This document shows positions 1-11,400 of a DNA stretch of 64,000 bases, in pieces (position 1 is the first letter of the stretch; the number at the start of each line of letters is the position of its first letter). Both the position numbers and the translations under genes were made by a program. The notes beneath the pieces were generated by a model that ran no database searches, was not told the DNA's origin, and saw only the letters and a list, made by a program, of their open reading frames with translations. Origin of the DNA: Amphiscolops sp. MND2022 (Eukaryota); assembly GCA_964187785.1 (NCBI GenBank), contig OZ076409.1:29264001-29328000 (forward strand), given 5' to 3'.

Positions 1-816
1 TCTCTATATATTACATTATAAAATTCTGAAAAAGTCAGAAATCAGCGGACTTTTGTTTGCTACTTACTTTTGTAGTTTTTGAGTGACTTCAAAACAAAAA
101 TACCACTGTAATTCGGATTGAAAATTGAGAAGGTTGTGCTCCAATGACTTTGGTGTCTATTGGTTATGCAGAAATTTATTGCGAATTGAGATTTGAAATC
201 AAGTATCTTCAGCTTTTTGGTATCCTAGTGTAGCTGCGAGCAGTTCATGAAACCTTTTACAGTTCACACCTTTTAGGTTTTGTTTATGGCTGCACGTGCT
301 AACTTTTTCTATTCACAGTCCGTTTTTGTGCGAAGGAATAAAACACAGTTTTTGTGTTGGCTCTTAACCTGCTGTTTGGAAGATGATTTGCATTTCTCAC
401 CTGGCTTTGTCGACCCATGTTTTAGTCCAATCCCACCAACTGCCATAGCAGACTTTTCCCGCCAGAAATCCTTCCAAGAACTCGTCCAACGTGCTTCCGG
501 GAGTATAGCGTTGCAACGCCCGGTTGTTCTGGTAAAAACTGAACTGACTGATGGCTGTATCTTTTGGATTGCGAACAACCAAAATATTCTTCCTGCCGTG
601 GCTGAAAATTTCGTTCGGGGCCAACTGAGCAGGCAAATGATGTTTCATGTATCTCGGAACATCTTTCATTCAGAGACTTTTTTCAAATATGGAAACAAAT
701 TGTCCAATTTAGAAAATCTCAAAGCAAGATTATGTGCCAAAATTATGTTGCCCAATCAACAACCTGATTACTTTTCTGGCATTTAAGCTAACATTTCAAA
801 TTTCCGCAAAAAATCT

Positions 817-1386
817 TCAGATACTGTAAGGAGTGTTGTCCGTGTGATCCCTCGGATCACAAGCGGACCTTGAGTCCTTCTTTGTAAATTTCGTATTTGC
901 GTTCTTCCATACATTCCCAATCCCGTCCTCATTTGTGGACGTACACGGCTCAACGCCATGTTGACTCAAAGGCAAGTTTTCCACCATGTTTTGTATTTCT
1001 GGGATAATTCTCTCACTTATGGCAGAACTAATGGCCCTGCTAATCTGTGATTGCATTAGATCCATCATGGCTTCCATCTCACGTGACATCCTAGCATTCA
1101 TTTCTCCAGACAACATGTTAATTGACTCTACTAGTCTGCTTTCTCTAACAGGCTCATTTCTACTATCAATGTCTCTGATCTCATTCTCTTGAGATGAATT
1201 TTCTCTGTTAGGAAAGGATTGAAAGTCTTGCTGCCTTTCTGGGACATTAATTAGGCTATCTAGTTCTCTCTCTATTGAGTTTGAATTTCCTTCACCTGGC
1301 ATTACGTCCATGTTGCCGTAGTCGGACAACATATCTAATTCTCTCGATTTCCTGGCTTTTGCCTTTTGTCTCCTTGTGGAGGGCAT
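817..1386 (-). CDS. LTR-encoded N-terminal part of Gag (189 aa, MPSTRRQKAK...), intact in the 3' LTR and ending in flanking DNA
   Basis: ORF track. At the equivalent 5' LTR junction the sequence reads CCT TAC A|TG GTG ACA, in frame with internal gag MVTGANEL. Confidence 0.75.
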   Translation of the reverse strand: MPSTRRQKAKARKSRELDMLSDYGNMDVMPGEGNSNSIERELDSLINVPERQQDFQSFPNRENSSQENEIRDIDSRNEPVRESRLVESINMLSGEMNARMSREMEAMMDLMQSQISRAISSAISERIIPEIQNMVENLPLSQHGVEPCTSTNEDGIGNVWKNANTKFTKKDSRSACDPRDHTDNTPYSI

Positions 1387-2551
1387 TGAAAATGATTATC
1401 CAGGAGTAAATACTTGAATTGTTTCTGTGGACAATATCAACTAGGTTTCACAGTGAATCTTGTACAGTATGTATAAGAGTAACTGAACAGTAACCGTATT
1501 ATTAAAACAATTGTTCTTTCAGGGTCAGGCTGGGCGTATTTATACCCAAATTACCATGACACTCATAATTTTAACGGTCATGTTACTAAAAATAACTTAC
1601 AAGTTATAAATATAACACGTCACCGCTAAAAATAGCATCGTTACGTCACAAAGTTCACATAAAGGCGGGTAGATCAAAGTGCCTTATTAGGCCGTGTGAC
1701 GAATAGTTAATGACACTCATATGTAGCATAATATATGCAAACACTTTTACATGTAGATAGAAATCATGTATAACACAACTGATGAGTAGCTGAAAAGGAC
1801 CTATAGTTCCTTTTAACAGCGCAAAGCAACATTACATTTGAACATGTGCATGAAGGCCCTATACGGCTATTGCCCGTTAGGGTTTTCTGATTCAATCCCA
1901 ATCATAACACGGAAAGCAACACTACTTGTTAGCGATAAACATGTTTGGTCATTGCATGGTGGGGTTACTTGTGTCTTTCCATCACTAATTAATTGAGACA
2001 CCAATTTCATATAATAGGTATACAGCATTTGAATGCTTATTGCGTCAACCGGCCGTGATAGGCCTTAATTACTGTATAGCACCAAGACAATTAGTACAGT
2101 GAGTAGGAACAGCTATGTCACATAGCCGCTTTCGTCCTATTTGTAATTACTGAATATTATTCAAGTACAGCATCAAAGCACAGTAAGGCCGGCAAAGTTA
2201 ATTGGCCGTATTGGTCCATTCTAAATAGCACTAGCGCAGTTACGTAATAAGTAATAAGATGGCTGTTATAAACTGCACTCTGATTGGCTTATTGACCATG
2301 GACGGCTTAGCTAGCTATACTGGACAGGGAAACATTTGAACACGTTTCCTTTCTGCCTGTCAGTATAGCTTGCTGTCAAATGTATTTTACATAAAGAATA
2401 ATAAAACAATTCACCAATCAACATTACATATTCAAAATAATACTAAATGTTTGAAAGTTTTAGTTTTATAATGGGAGTGTCCCAGGTAAGGCACTTGGCC
2501 TCGGATGGTCAATTGTATAGACGTTGCCATCGCAGGCGGCAGCCGGCGACA
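825..2551 (-). repeat. 3' LTR of element 1 (1727 bp)
   Basis: Direct repeat of 14747-16457 with about 20 substitutions counted by eye and one 16-bp indel; TG...CA termini. Confidence 0.97.
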
Positions 2552-3297
2552 CTCCCCCTGGTAGTAATAGGAGAGTGCCCACCTGCATTCCTTCCATAAA
2601 AGCTCTTTTGCGCGCTTCTAGCTGATCTGCCGATTCTCCCAAAATGGCCGTCTTGCGCAAATAATCTGTGACTGCTTCACGCTGGATTTGTAAGGTCGAT
2701 TTCCCACATATCACACAGTCTGAGTAATTTGCCATTGGATTGTTCGTCTCAATTCCCATTCCTTGAAAGTGGTTTGTAATCGAGTCCAAGGACTGTTGGG
2801 AAGTTCCGCCTTGACCGTCCGCCGAGTAAAAATCTTGGTCCCTGCTCTTCAGGTGGGGGCGACATCGGAGTATCCACCATAGGAATGATTTCCCTACACA
2901 GCTTGATAGGGTGATTATTGAGCACTCAGTCGTCTCGCCTTATTGGGCCATTTCCTCTCCCCAATGAGAAAAAGGATTGGTCAAGAGTAGGCCTCGCTGT
3001 AAAGCTCGTCCCGGAGGTCCCGTACCTTGGTAAGCTGTATTGGGGGGCTTCATTTCTAATTTTCAGCGCTGAGGGGGGCCCGGGTACTGGGATGGGCGAT
3101 GACAATTGCATCTCGACACATTGGGCCATCATCATGATTTCGTCATCTATTTCCTCGTCTTCCGATGACAATTCGAGATCTAGCACTGAAGTCATGCTCA
3201 GGTCACACATTTCTTCCTCTTCGTCACTAGATAGGCAGATTATGTCTACACCCGCGGGCGCTGCGCCTTGGAAGTCTTCAGGGTATAGGGCGGCCAT
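2466..3297 (-). pseudogene. Sense-strand accessory ORF of element 1 (about 275 aa; acidic SIM-like N-terminus, CxxC near the C-terminus), ending inside the 3' LTR
   Basis: ORFs 2926-3297 and 2466-2789 join through one TGA and one frameshift (...RRDD*VLNNHPIKLCREIIP...RRNFP/QSLDSITNHF). Motifs VDIICLSSDEEEE, VLDLELSSEDEE and CVIC. Confidence 0.55.
2552..2559 (-). promoter_or_regulatory. Polypurine tract of element 1
   Basis: AGGGGGAG directly upstream of the TG start of the 3' LTR on the minus strand. Confidence 0.85.
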
Positions 3298-4497
3298 GAA
3301 TTTTGCTTTTGTGGTTTTCTTAGCAATTTTTATAAGGAATTGGAGAGAGCTTTAGGAATTTTCAAACTTTGCTGGTCGACCGTTTTTTGAAAGCTTCAGA
3401 AGAGAGAATGATGACTTTCCCTTACTGAGTTCGTCTGAAATATTTTCAAGTCTTGTGATTCCTTCCCGGGGTTTTGTCTTTCCCGGCAATTGTTTCACTG
3501 ATAAAATCTCCTAAACATTCTTTGATGATTCCAATAAACCGCCTTGTTTACATCATCACTTCAGTCGTTTGCCTGATGCGGCAAAGAGCCATCAATGACA
3601 TCATTGAGTGTTTATTTGCTCTTGATATCGACTTGAGAATTTCAAGAGTGGGTAATCAAGTTCTAAGGCCACGCGCGGCGCGTCACCGCGATAGCCAATA
3701 GGAATCGCCTTAAGAGTCTGCATTTCAAAATGGTGGAATTAATGATAATAACCCAAATAAGGAAATAAATGAGATAAAATAATAATTGTATAAAATAATA
3801 AATCCATGGTGATACAAAAGTTTTGAAAAATATTTTTGTGGATTTCTCTGGCAGATTCCATCCACAGAATAATCCTCATAATTGTAAAAACATTTGACAT
3901 CAAATCCAGTTTGCCACGAACTCCAACTTTGTTCTTGCAATCACTTTCATCTTCTTTCAATTCAATAATTGTTACATTTTCATATTCGTATTTAACAATT
4001 GTTTATTCAGTATAGTAGTCAACGTTTCAATTTTGTACTTCTCTCGTTATCCCATAGAACGTCTGTGAGTCTTCTATTACTCCTTATTCCCTCTTCCTGG
4101 AACATTGTCCAGTTGCCGTACTCGTCCAAATCTTCCTTTTCGTCACTACCCGGAACTACTCTTCCCTCTTCACTGTCGTGACTTTGCCCAGTCCGGACAG
4201 TCATTTCATCCTAATCTGAATTGCAGCACAATTTCCATTCGTCAAGGATCATCTCAACGTTCTCATTCGGCTCCTAAGTGGTCAACAACTACAGGTAAGC
4301 TATCTGGTCTTTTGATTTTTGAACGGAAATAAGCTTGATCAGGGCTCTTCCTCTCGTTCATGTACTTCCTGTCCCTTTTCATCAAGACGAAACAGACGTC
4401 TTGTTTCATTTTTTCACTTCCGGAAGATTTTACCGCGGTTTTCATGGACTCGTATTCAGGAAGTTGTCCGCAACGGTTTATCTCTTTTCATTTAGAT

Positions 4498-7400
4498 ATG
4501 ACAACAGAGAAAAAGTCGCCAGAACCCACTACTACTCCAGTTGTTGAAAATAAAGAAATGGAGGCTCCAGAGACCATTGAAGTACCAGGCCTTGACAGAC
4601 CGTACCCTCAAGTGTCTGAAGGAAGCAGGTCTACCGGAGAAAGTGTGACTGCGTTTATTGAAAGAACTGTTGAAGTATTGTCTCAACCCGACACTGAGAC
4701 CGTCGATCCTTTGCCAAACCAGCAAGGTGCCACTGCTCGGATGGTCACTGTCAACCCCTCGTTTCTCAAGATTTCAGACTCTGAGCCAATTACAGTGAGG
4801 AATGACTCGACGCACATCGAAGTAGAGGCCGTAAATAGTAAGGAGGTCGACTCTACAGTAGAGGCACAAGGCCTCTACGGTGACACCACACAGGCAGAAG
4901 ATTTAATGGACAGCTCTGGCGTTGCCGTCTTCCCACCAGTAGCCCCAAATGTTATTCTTGACCCCACAATGTTTCCTGAATTTGAAGGGGCATTTCATGC
5001 AGATTCGGGACACAGTGACTCTGAGAAAGAACAATATCGCTCTAAAGTGGACGGAGCCGACAGACAACTCTCAGCCAAGGGTAAACTAATCATAAAGAAA
5101 TACTTTCAGGAAACTCGTCCCATTGAGTTACCTAGGGATCACCCTGTCATTGCCCTCACTGCAGATGTGATGCATGCCGTCCTAAGGACTGTCTCTGACG
5201 AATCTGTACTCTCGTCATATCATATGATGAAGTCCTTATTGCTTCATGCTACCCGAGGCGTTCCTCAGGACAAGAAAAGGCCCATGCCTAAACGGTGCGC
5301 AACACCCGCTCGTCCAGACGTTTACAGTTCAGGAGATGAAAGTAGTTTTGGGGGACACTCGTCAGATGGGAACATCAGTGGGGCCTTCAATACTGATGAG
5401 GATCCTTATCAATTAGGATCCATCTCTGGCACCGATTACCTGAGTGAAGCTGACCCTTTAACACTCACCCCTAAGACCCGTACAGGAGGGGTAGCAGGTA
5501 CGTCCCGGGCAGAGACTGTGACTCCAACTTCTGGGACCGGGTACAGTAGCACTGATTATCAGCCGCTCTCAACGCTTAGCCGATTGCCCGAACAGGAAAC
5601 CCAGGTCAGAAGCCCACCCCGGAAAAGGCGCAGATTACTTAGTAGGCCCGGAAAGGTGATGAAAGACGCCTATTTCAAAAGCATCCAATGGACTCGAACT
5701 TTTGTGTCTGGACCCGTTAACCCTGTCCACAATAAGTTCAAGTTTTACTGCATGTTATGTAAAACCAATGTTTCCATCTTCTCGAAGGGCGCCAGGGAGA
5801 TTCTCAGACATTACAAGACTGAAGGACATCTCCGAAAGATCAGAAATGGAGATACATCCACCTGCAAGAAACCGATGAGATTACTGGAGTCACTACCCAC
5901 CAAGTCAGAGGCAAAGACGGTTATGTCTTTACCCCCATTGAGCTAGAGCGTGAAAAGCCTCTATTCTTGGATGTTCCTCTGGTCGAAACAGGTGATCGTT
6001 TTCCATTCTACGAGGATTACATGGCCAGTATTGGAGGATTTACCAACCCCGATGATCTTCTTACCAGTACCCTCATCTCGCTGATTGGGACTTTTGTGCC
6101 ACGGGATGGTAACATCTCGCTCCTACAAAGTTTGTGGACTCGCGTGGGGGTGTTTACTAATCACCAAGCCCTGTTCTCTTCATTCGATTGGGGATCAGCT
6201 ACTCTTACAGTAAGTAGTGATTTTGTTTGCGGTATTGCTGGTAAGACCCAAAATGGCCTTTGGTTACAACGTCCCTTTACACCTTTGTGTTTTGTTTTAG
6301 AATATCTTCCATCACGTTTTTTTGAGGGGACTTGCTGATATCTCCACACACATCATGGCCACTGAGATGTACTCCATTGAGTTCACTACAGAGGGTATCT
6401 ACTGCTGTTCGTTTCTGGAGGGATGATTCACTCGTTCGGGTTGAACTGCATCGGCACCACCAAGCTGAGTCCTATCCAGGCTGTTATTTAACAGCTATCT
6501 CGTGCCTACTGTCATTTGTATCCTCGAAGCCCAACCTTGTTAGCATCTCCGGGTGCTCTTCCATGATCTTTAAACTTTGGAAACCTGTGGACTGTTCAAC
6601 CATGGGATCCAATATCCCTTTCGCTTCGAGGTCTTCTCCCTTCCTGAGTTGATGCATCCTGAGGCATTGCAGACTGGTTACATTTCGGCCGAATTGACAT
6701 CTTATCCCAGCTGAAGTTCTTAGTTGTCTACCTGCGAGGCGGACTCAGTCAACCTTGGGCCATAGAAGTCCTGAACTTTGCAAGGTTATTCACTTTCTTG
6801 ATCATAATTTTTTCACTATACATAGTCATGTTGTTCCGATGTCGACAAGCCTTTCTGGTCACTTTCATATTGGCAAATAGGAACTCTTTTCATTTGATCG
6901 TTTTTCAAACGCCATAACAGCATGTGATGTGGAATTGAAGAAGATCCCCACTATATGCACTGAGCTCGTTAAAATCTGGAAGCCCATCAAGGACTACCTT
7001 ACCAGTAAGGCCCCAACTCAGAAGATGCAAGGAGTCAAGAACAAGGTAATTATCTGTCGCTTTTCTTCTTGTCTATGTCACTTGCACTGATTCGTTGTGT
7101 TTTTGGGTGTTGTGATACTCATGAGCCGATTTCCTTTTTAGCCTCAAAGCCTGGATTGGGAGATTATCCTAGACGACTTCTTCACCATCATACTTGAATT
7201 TTTTTCCTTGCTTGTGCGCAATTGTTAGTCATTTTCTTTGTATTTGTTTGAAGTAACGGGGTAGAAGCCCTACTAAACCACGTGCCGGTCACAACTTTAG
7301 CCATAACTATGTTTGTAGCAGCTTAGGGTATTTGGTAGGTTCTGGTAATTTGCACCTAAACCTGGATTTGTTTAGATACCAAGTGTTTTGAGCGCAGTCT

Positions 7401-8222
7401 GTCCGGGCGACGGGATGCAACACTCTTCATTTACGGCCAATATTGTAGATTTGTCCGCCGGTTGTGTCACCGTGCCGTCTTGCCTAAATGCATTCCGAGC
7501 GATGCAGACTGGACTGGCCTCTTGCAATTGTGCCCTAACGATCTGAGGTTATTGTCATGTCGCGATTTCCTGAATCGACTCAAGTTAACGTGTGACCTCG
7601 ATCAGGCTTGCCAAGCAAAATTGGAGAGATCTCGCGGGGAGAGTCCTGCACCAGCTAATCAGGATGAGCTGGTCACCAAGGAAAGAGAGACCTTTGTGAC
7701 AGAAGCCCGGACGTATATAGTCTCTCTTCTATGGTCTTTGCTTCGAGATATCCACTTCTCTGCAAATATTGTGCACGGCATGGGCAGTTTCGATCCTCAT
7801 GTGTTGTTGACATTACCTCTTGAACAGGCATCTTTCTGTTTCAACGCTTTGTACGACAGTTTTCGACTTCGCGGTTGGGTGGACGAGTCTTCCCGAAAAG
7901 ACTGCTGTGATGAGTACTTCGAGTTCGTGGATTATTTCCGTAAAACTTTTCTTTCCATTAAGTCTTCACCTGGGACTGTTGCCGAGATATTGGACTTCCT
8001 TATCCCAATTCCTGCCTTCCGAAGCCGCACTGTTGTTTTAAAAGGAACTCCTGTTGTTGGCACTAGCACAGCGTCACGATGATCCTCTGTCTCGACTTCT
8101 GCTGGACGCAAGATAAATTGGGCTGCTGGTCAAGCTCAGAAGTTGGCCTATTTCGGCGACATCCCACCTAGTGAGCTTTCAAAGACTGTCCAGGAATTAC
8201 AAGAAGGAAGCTCTAAAGACTA
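4498..8222 (+). pseudogene. Spliced antisense accessory gene of element 1: long disordered N-terminus, CxxC-H-H zinc finger, hAT-transposase-like body
   Basis: ORFs 4360-5946, 5967-6338, 6332-6652 and 7462-8082 link up through GT-AG introns (about 4295-4495 in the 5' UTR, 6210-6300, further donors and acceptors near 6785/6880, 7047/7142 and 7377) plus a few frameshifts. FYCMLC...ILRHYKTEGH zinc finger; RKRRR NLS; YSIEF...VRFW...NLVSISG...HC resembles the hAT RNase H-fold region; AATAAA near 8365. Confidence 0.6.
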
Positions 8223-8400
8223 AATGTACATAATGTACATTTGTCATTCTAGACTCTTGATTTGTAAATTTCAGTTCTGTTTCTTGTTTTAGTATTTATA
8301 TAGTTAGTTTCTTTTAAGTCATGGAAGTCAGAGTAGTCCCAGTAAAAAACATGCCTACTTGGGCAATAAAATGAGTAGGGACATAATTTAACATTTCTGA

Positions 8401-11400
8401 CTAATATCTGTATTCATCTGTAAAGTTGGGGTTGGGGTTAGGTCGAAGATTATATTTCCCTCCTCTAGGGCTAGATGTTTCATTTTCTTTTTCATTTTCT
8501 GCATTATTTACATTGTCCGATATTCCGGGCACGAAATTATCCTCCCCCTGTTAGGAGAATTTCCAGTACTATCGTTGTTTTCATTCAGTGAATCCGTGGG
8601 CGTGTCACCAGTAATTTGGTTATTTCAGCTAGTGGCCGTACTCGGCCTTTTGATTTCGCTGCGTTGTTCATCCTCTGCTGCGTGCTCGTTGACGTCATTT
8701 TCGTCATGCAGTAATGGTGCGTCTCGGCTAGCGGTCGTACGCGGTCTTGTTTCATTCTCAGTAGTGGTGCGTTCATTCACTTCGGAGACGTCATTTGCGT
8801 CTCGTGCGAGTATGCCTCCTCGGCTGGTGGCCGTTCTCGGCCATACCGCGTCATCATTAGCATTATCATAAAGGACGTAATCATCGTTTGAGCCGCTACC
8901 ATTAGTGTCTGCCTGTTGTAATTCTTCATTCGGAATGTCGTCCTGTCTCGGCTCGAAGACTTGATAATCAAAGTCAGCTTCCCATGAGATGGTATACAAA
9001 TCGTCGGAATGATTATTTCATCATCAGGTTGCAATTTCTCTTTGGAATATTTGTCCTCTAAAGGCGTGTTAGGAACAAATTTTTTCAGACGAATTCGGTG
9101 TAATATCTGCGTTTTATTTGTATTCAATCGACGAACAATATAATTGTCGTTAGGCAATACTTTTTCAATTCGATAAGGACCAATCCAACGGTAATTCCTG
9201 AACGGTATTTTCGATCTTTGATTATCTGCTTTAGGCTGCAAGATGAAACAAAAATCTTGTTCTTTCAGAGGGGCTGCCTTGGCTTTGCGGTCATGATATT
9301 CTTTATATTTTAAGTATGACTGCATGATGTTTTGTTTTGTTTTGTCAATCAAAATTTGTGTTCGCTGTTGTAGTTCTTCTGCGAATTCTGTTGTAGGCAA
9401 GAAGTCCTTGTTGGGATTATTCCCAAGTTTGTGATCTAGGACGTTATAGGGGATCCGTCCATCGAAGACCTTGCTTGGCTCACAACCAATACTAGAATGA
9501 TAGGTAGTATTATAGTTGAGTACAGCCAGTGGTAAGTTTTTATGCCATTGGCGGCGGTATTCCCCTGAAGCCACTTTCAAATTTATTTTGAGTGAAGCGT
9601 GAGTCCTTTCAAGTTTGCCAATCGTTCGCAGGTGTTTAGTAGTTGCGCATTTCAGTGTAATTTCGAGGATTTTCGTTATTTCATCAATGATTTTGGATGT
9701 GAATGCGGTTCCTTTATCCGTGATAAGTGTAGTTGGCAAATAAGCGTGTTTGGTCATAATATCGATCAAGACCTTCGCTGTATTTGAAGCGGTAGCTGGA
9801 GAAAACGTCTATTGCCGTCATTATCGTTTGGTAGCCACCACTTGTTGGTAGGTTTGGTAACAAGTCAATTTGCATTGCGTCCTCAGGACCAAGGTCCTAT
9901 TCAGGCAAGTTAAGTAATTCTGGGGTTATTTAGTTGTTTGGAACTCATTTGTCTTTTGCACAAATTTCACATCCCTCTACCCATTTTTGACATGTTTAGC
10001 TATGCCTGGGTAGTAGTATTTCTGGCGTATTTCCTGTAGCATTTTGGATATGCCCGGATGTTTGTGCGCAGTTCCGTGCAGTGCCTGTAAGAGCTCTCTC
10101 AGTAAACGTTTTGGTAAGAGTATTCGGTGATATTTGACTTGCCCCGTTTTGTCATAGTACTGTCGCGTGACTATTTCGTCTTTAAGGACTAGTCGGTCCA
10201 AATTGTTGAGCTAGTGTTTGTATCGGATATCCGGCTGGAGTATTTCTTCAGAATAGTCTTCGTTCTGAATTTTAGTTTTGAGTTGGCGCAATATAGGGTC
10301 TTTGGATTGTTCGAGCAAAATCTGATTCGTTCTGCGCAATTTTTGGGAAAAGTTTGTGATTTCGTCTACTATGTTTTCAGATAGTGCGTCAATTTGGATT
10401 ACGCCTTCGTGGTCAATCAGGTTGTTACCGCTTTGCTTTTTACGTTCCCAAATTTGGGCTTCCGTCTCTTCATCTTGTTCCGTGAAGAAAATTTGTTCCT
10501 CTTCTGCCACGCCTGCCGATTGGACATTGACCTCAATGGGTTTAGTTTCTATGTTTTCGCGGATTTTTAGGACTAGTTTCTCTATGGGGTCCATTTCCAT
10601 GCGAGATAAGTAGTCGGCTGCTGTGTTGTTTTTCCCTGGGATATGTGCTATGACAAAGTTGAATTGTATTACATAGTTACATGCGTTCCAGAGTGTCGGA
10701 GGAATTATCTTTGTCTGAAAGAATCTCGTAACCGATTTGTTGTCGGTTAGGATGGTGATCGGTTCGGGTGCTCCCCAAAAAATATGTCCAAATTCTTTGA
10801 ATGCGTAAAAGATCGCTAAGAATTCTTTGGCATATATTGACATTTTGAGTTGCGATGGCGTAAAGGTTTTTGAGACATATGCGATCGGAGCATATGATTT
10901 TTTGACGGATGAATATTTTTGATTTGGGTCGTCCTCTGTGAGTATGGCATAACCAGCCGCTGTGAAGCTAGCATCAGTCATGAGGACTAGTTGTTTGTTC
11001 GGTAAAGGTTGTTTAAGAGCCAATTGGCAACACTTGTCAAGGTCTCGAATGATTTCATTAAATAGTTGTACTAGGTCTGTGGTCACTAGGACTTTTTCGT
11101 CCTTTTTGAGAAGTTGGAAGAAAGGGGCTAGTTTTTCAGATAGTGTTGGAATGTCGTTCCTGTAATAGTTCAGGAATCCAAGGTATCGTTGTAGTGTTTT
11201 CTTGGATTTTGGGAATTTGGTTTGTTCGAGGAAGTTTGTTATTCTTTCCTTTTGTGGTTTGACGCCCTCAGGGGTAATTGTTCTCCCTAGAAAGTCAATT
11301 TCCGTTGCGCCAAAGTGGTACTTGTGCATTGTTAGCTTGAAGCCTGCATGTCTGATGCATTCAAACGTTGCTCTCAAATTTTTGATAAGATGATCAACAT

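Noticed and set aside
309-400. KNCVLFLR as the next SULT exon after a tiny intron
   Set aside because: No phase-compatible acceptor, and no YED motif follows.
280-786. Plus-strand 168-aa ORF and other ORFs opposite SULT, SLC13, gag and pol
   Set aside because: Antisense shadows of real coding sequence, with no motifs.
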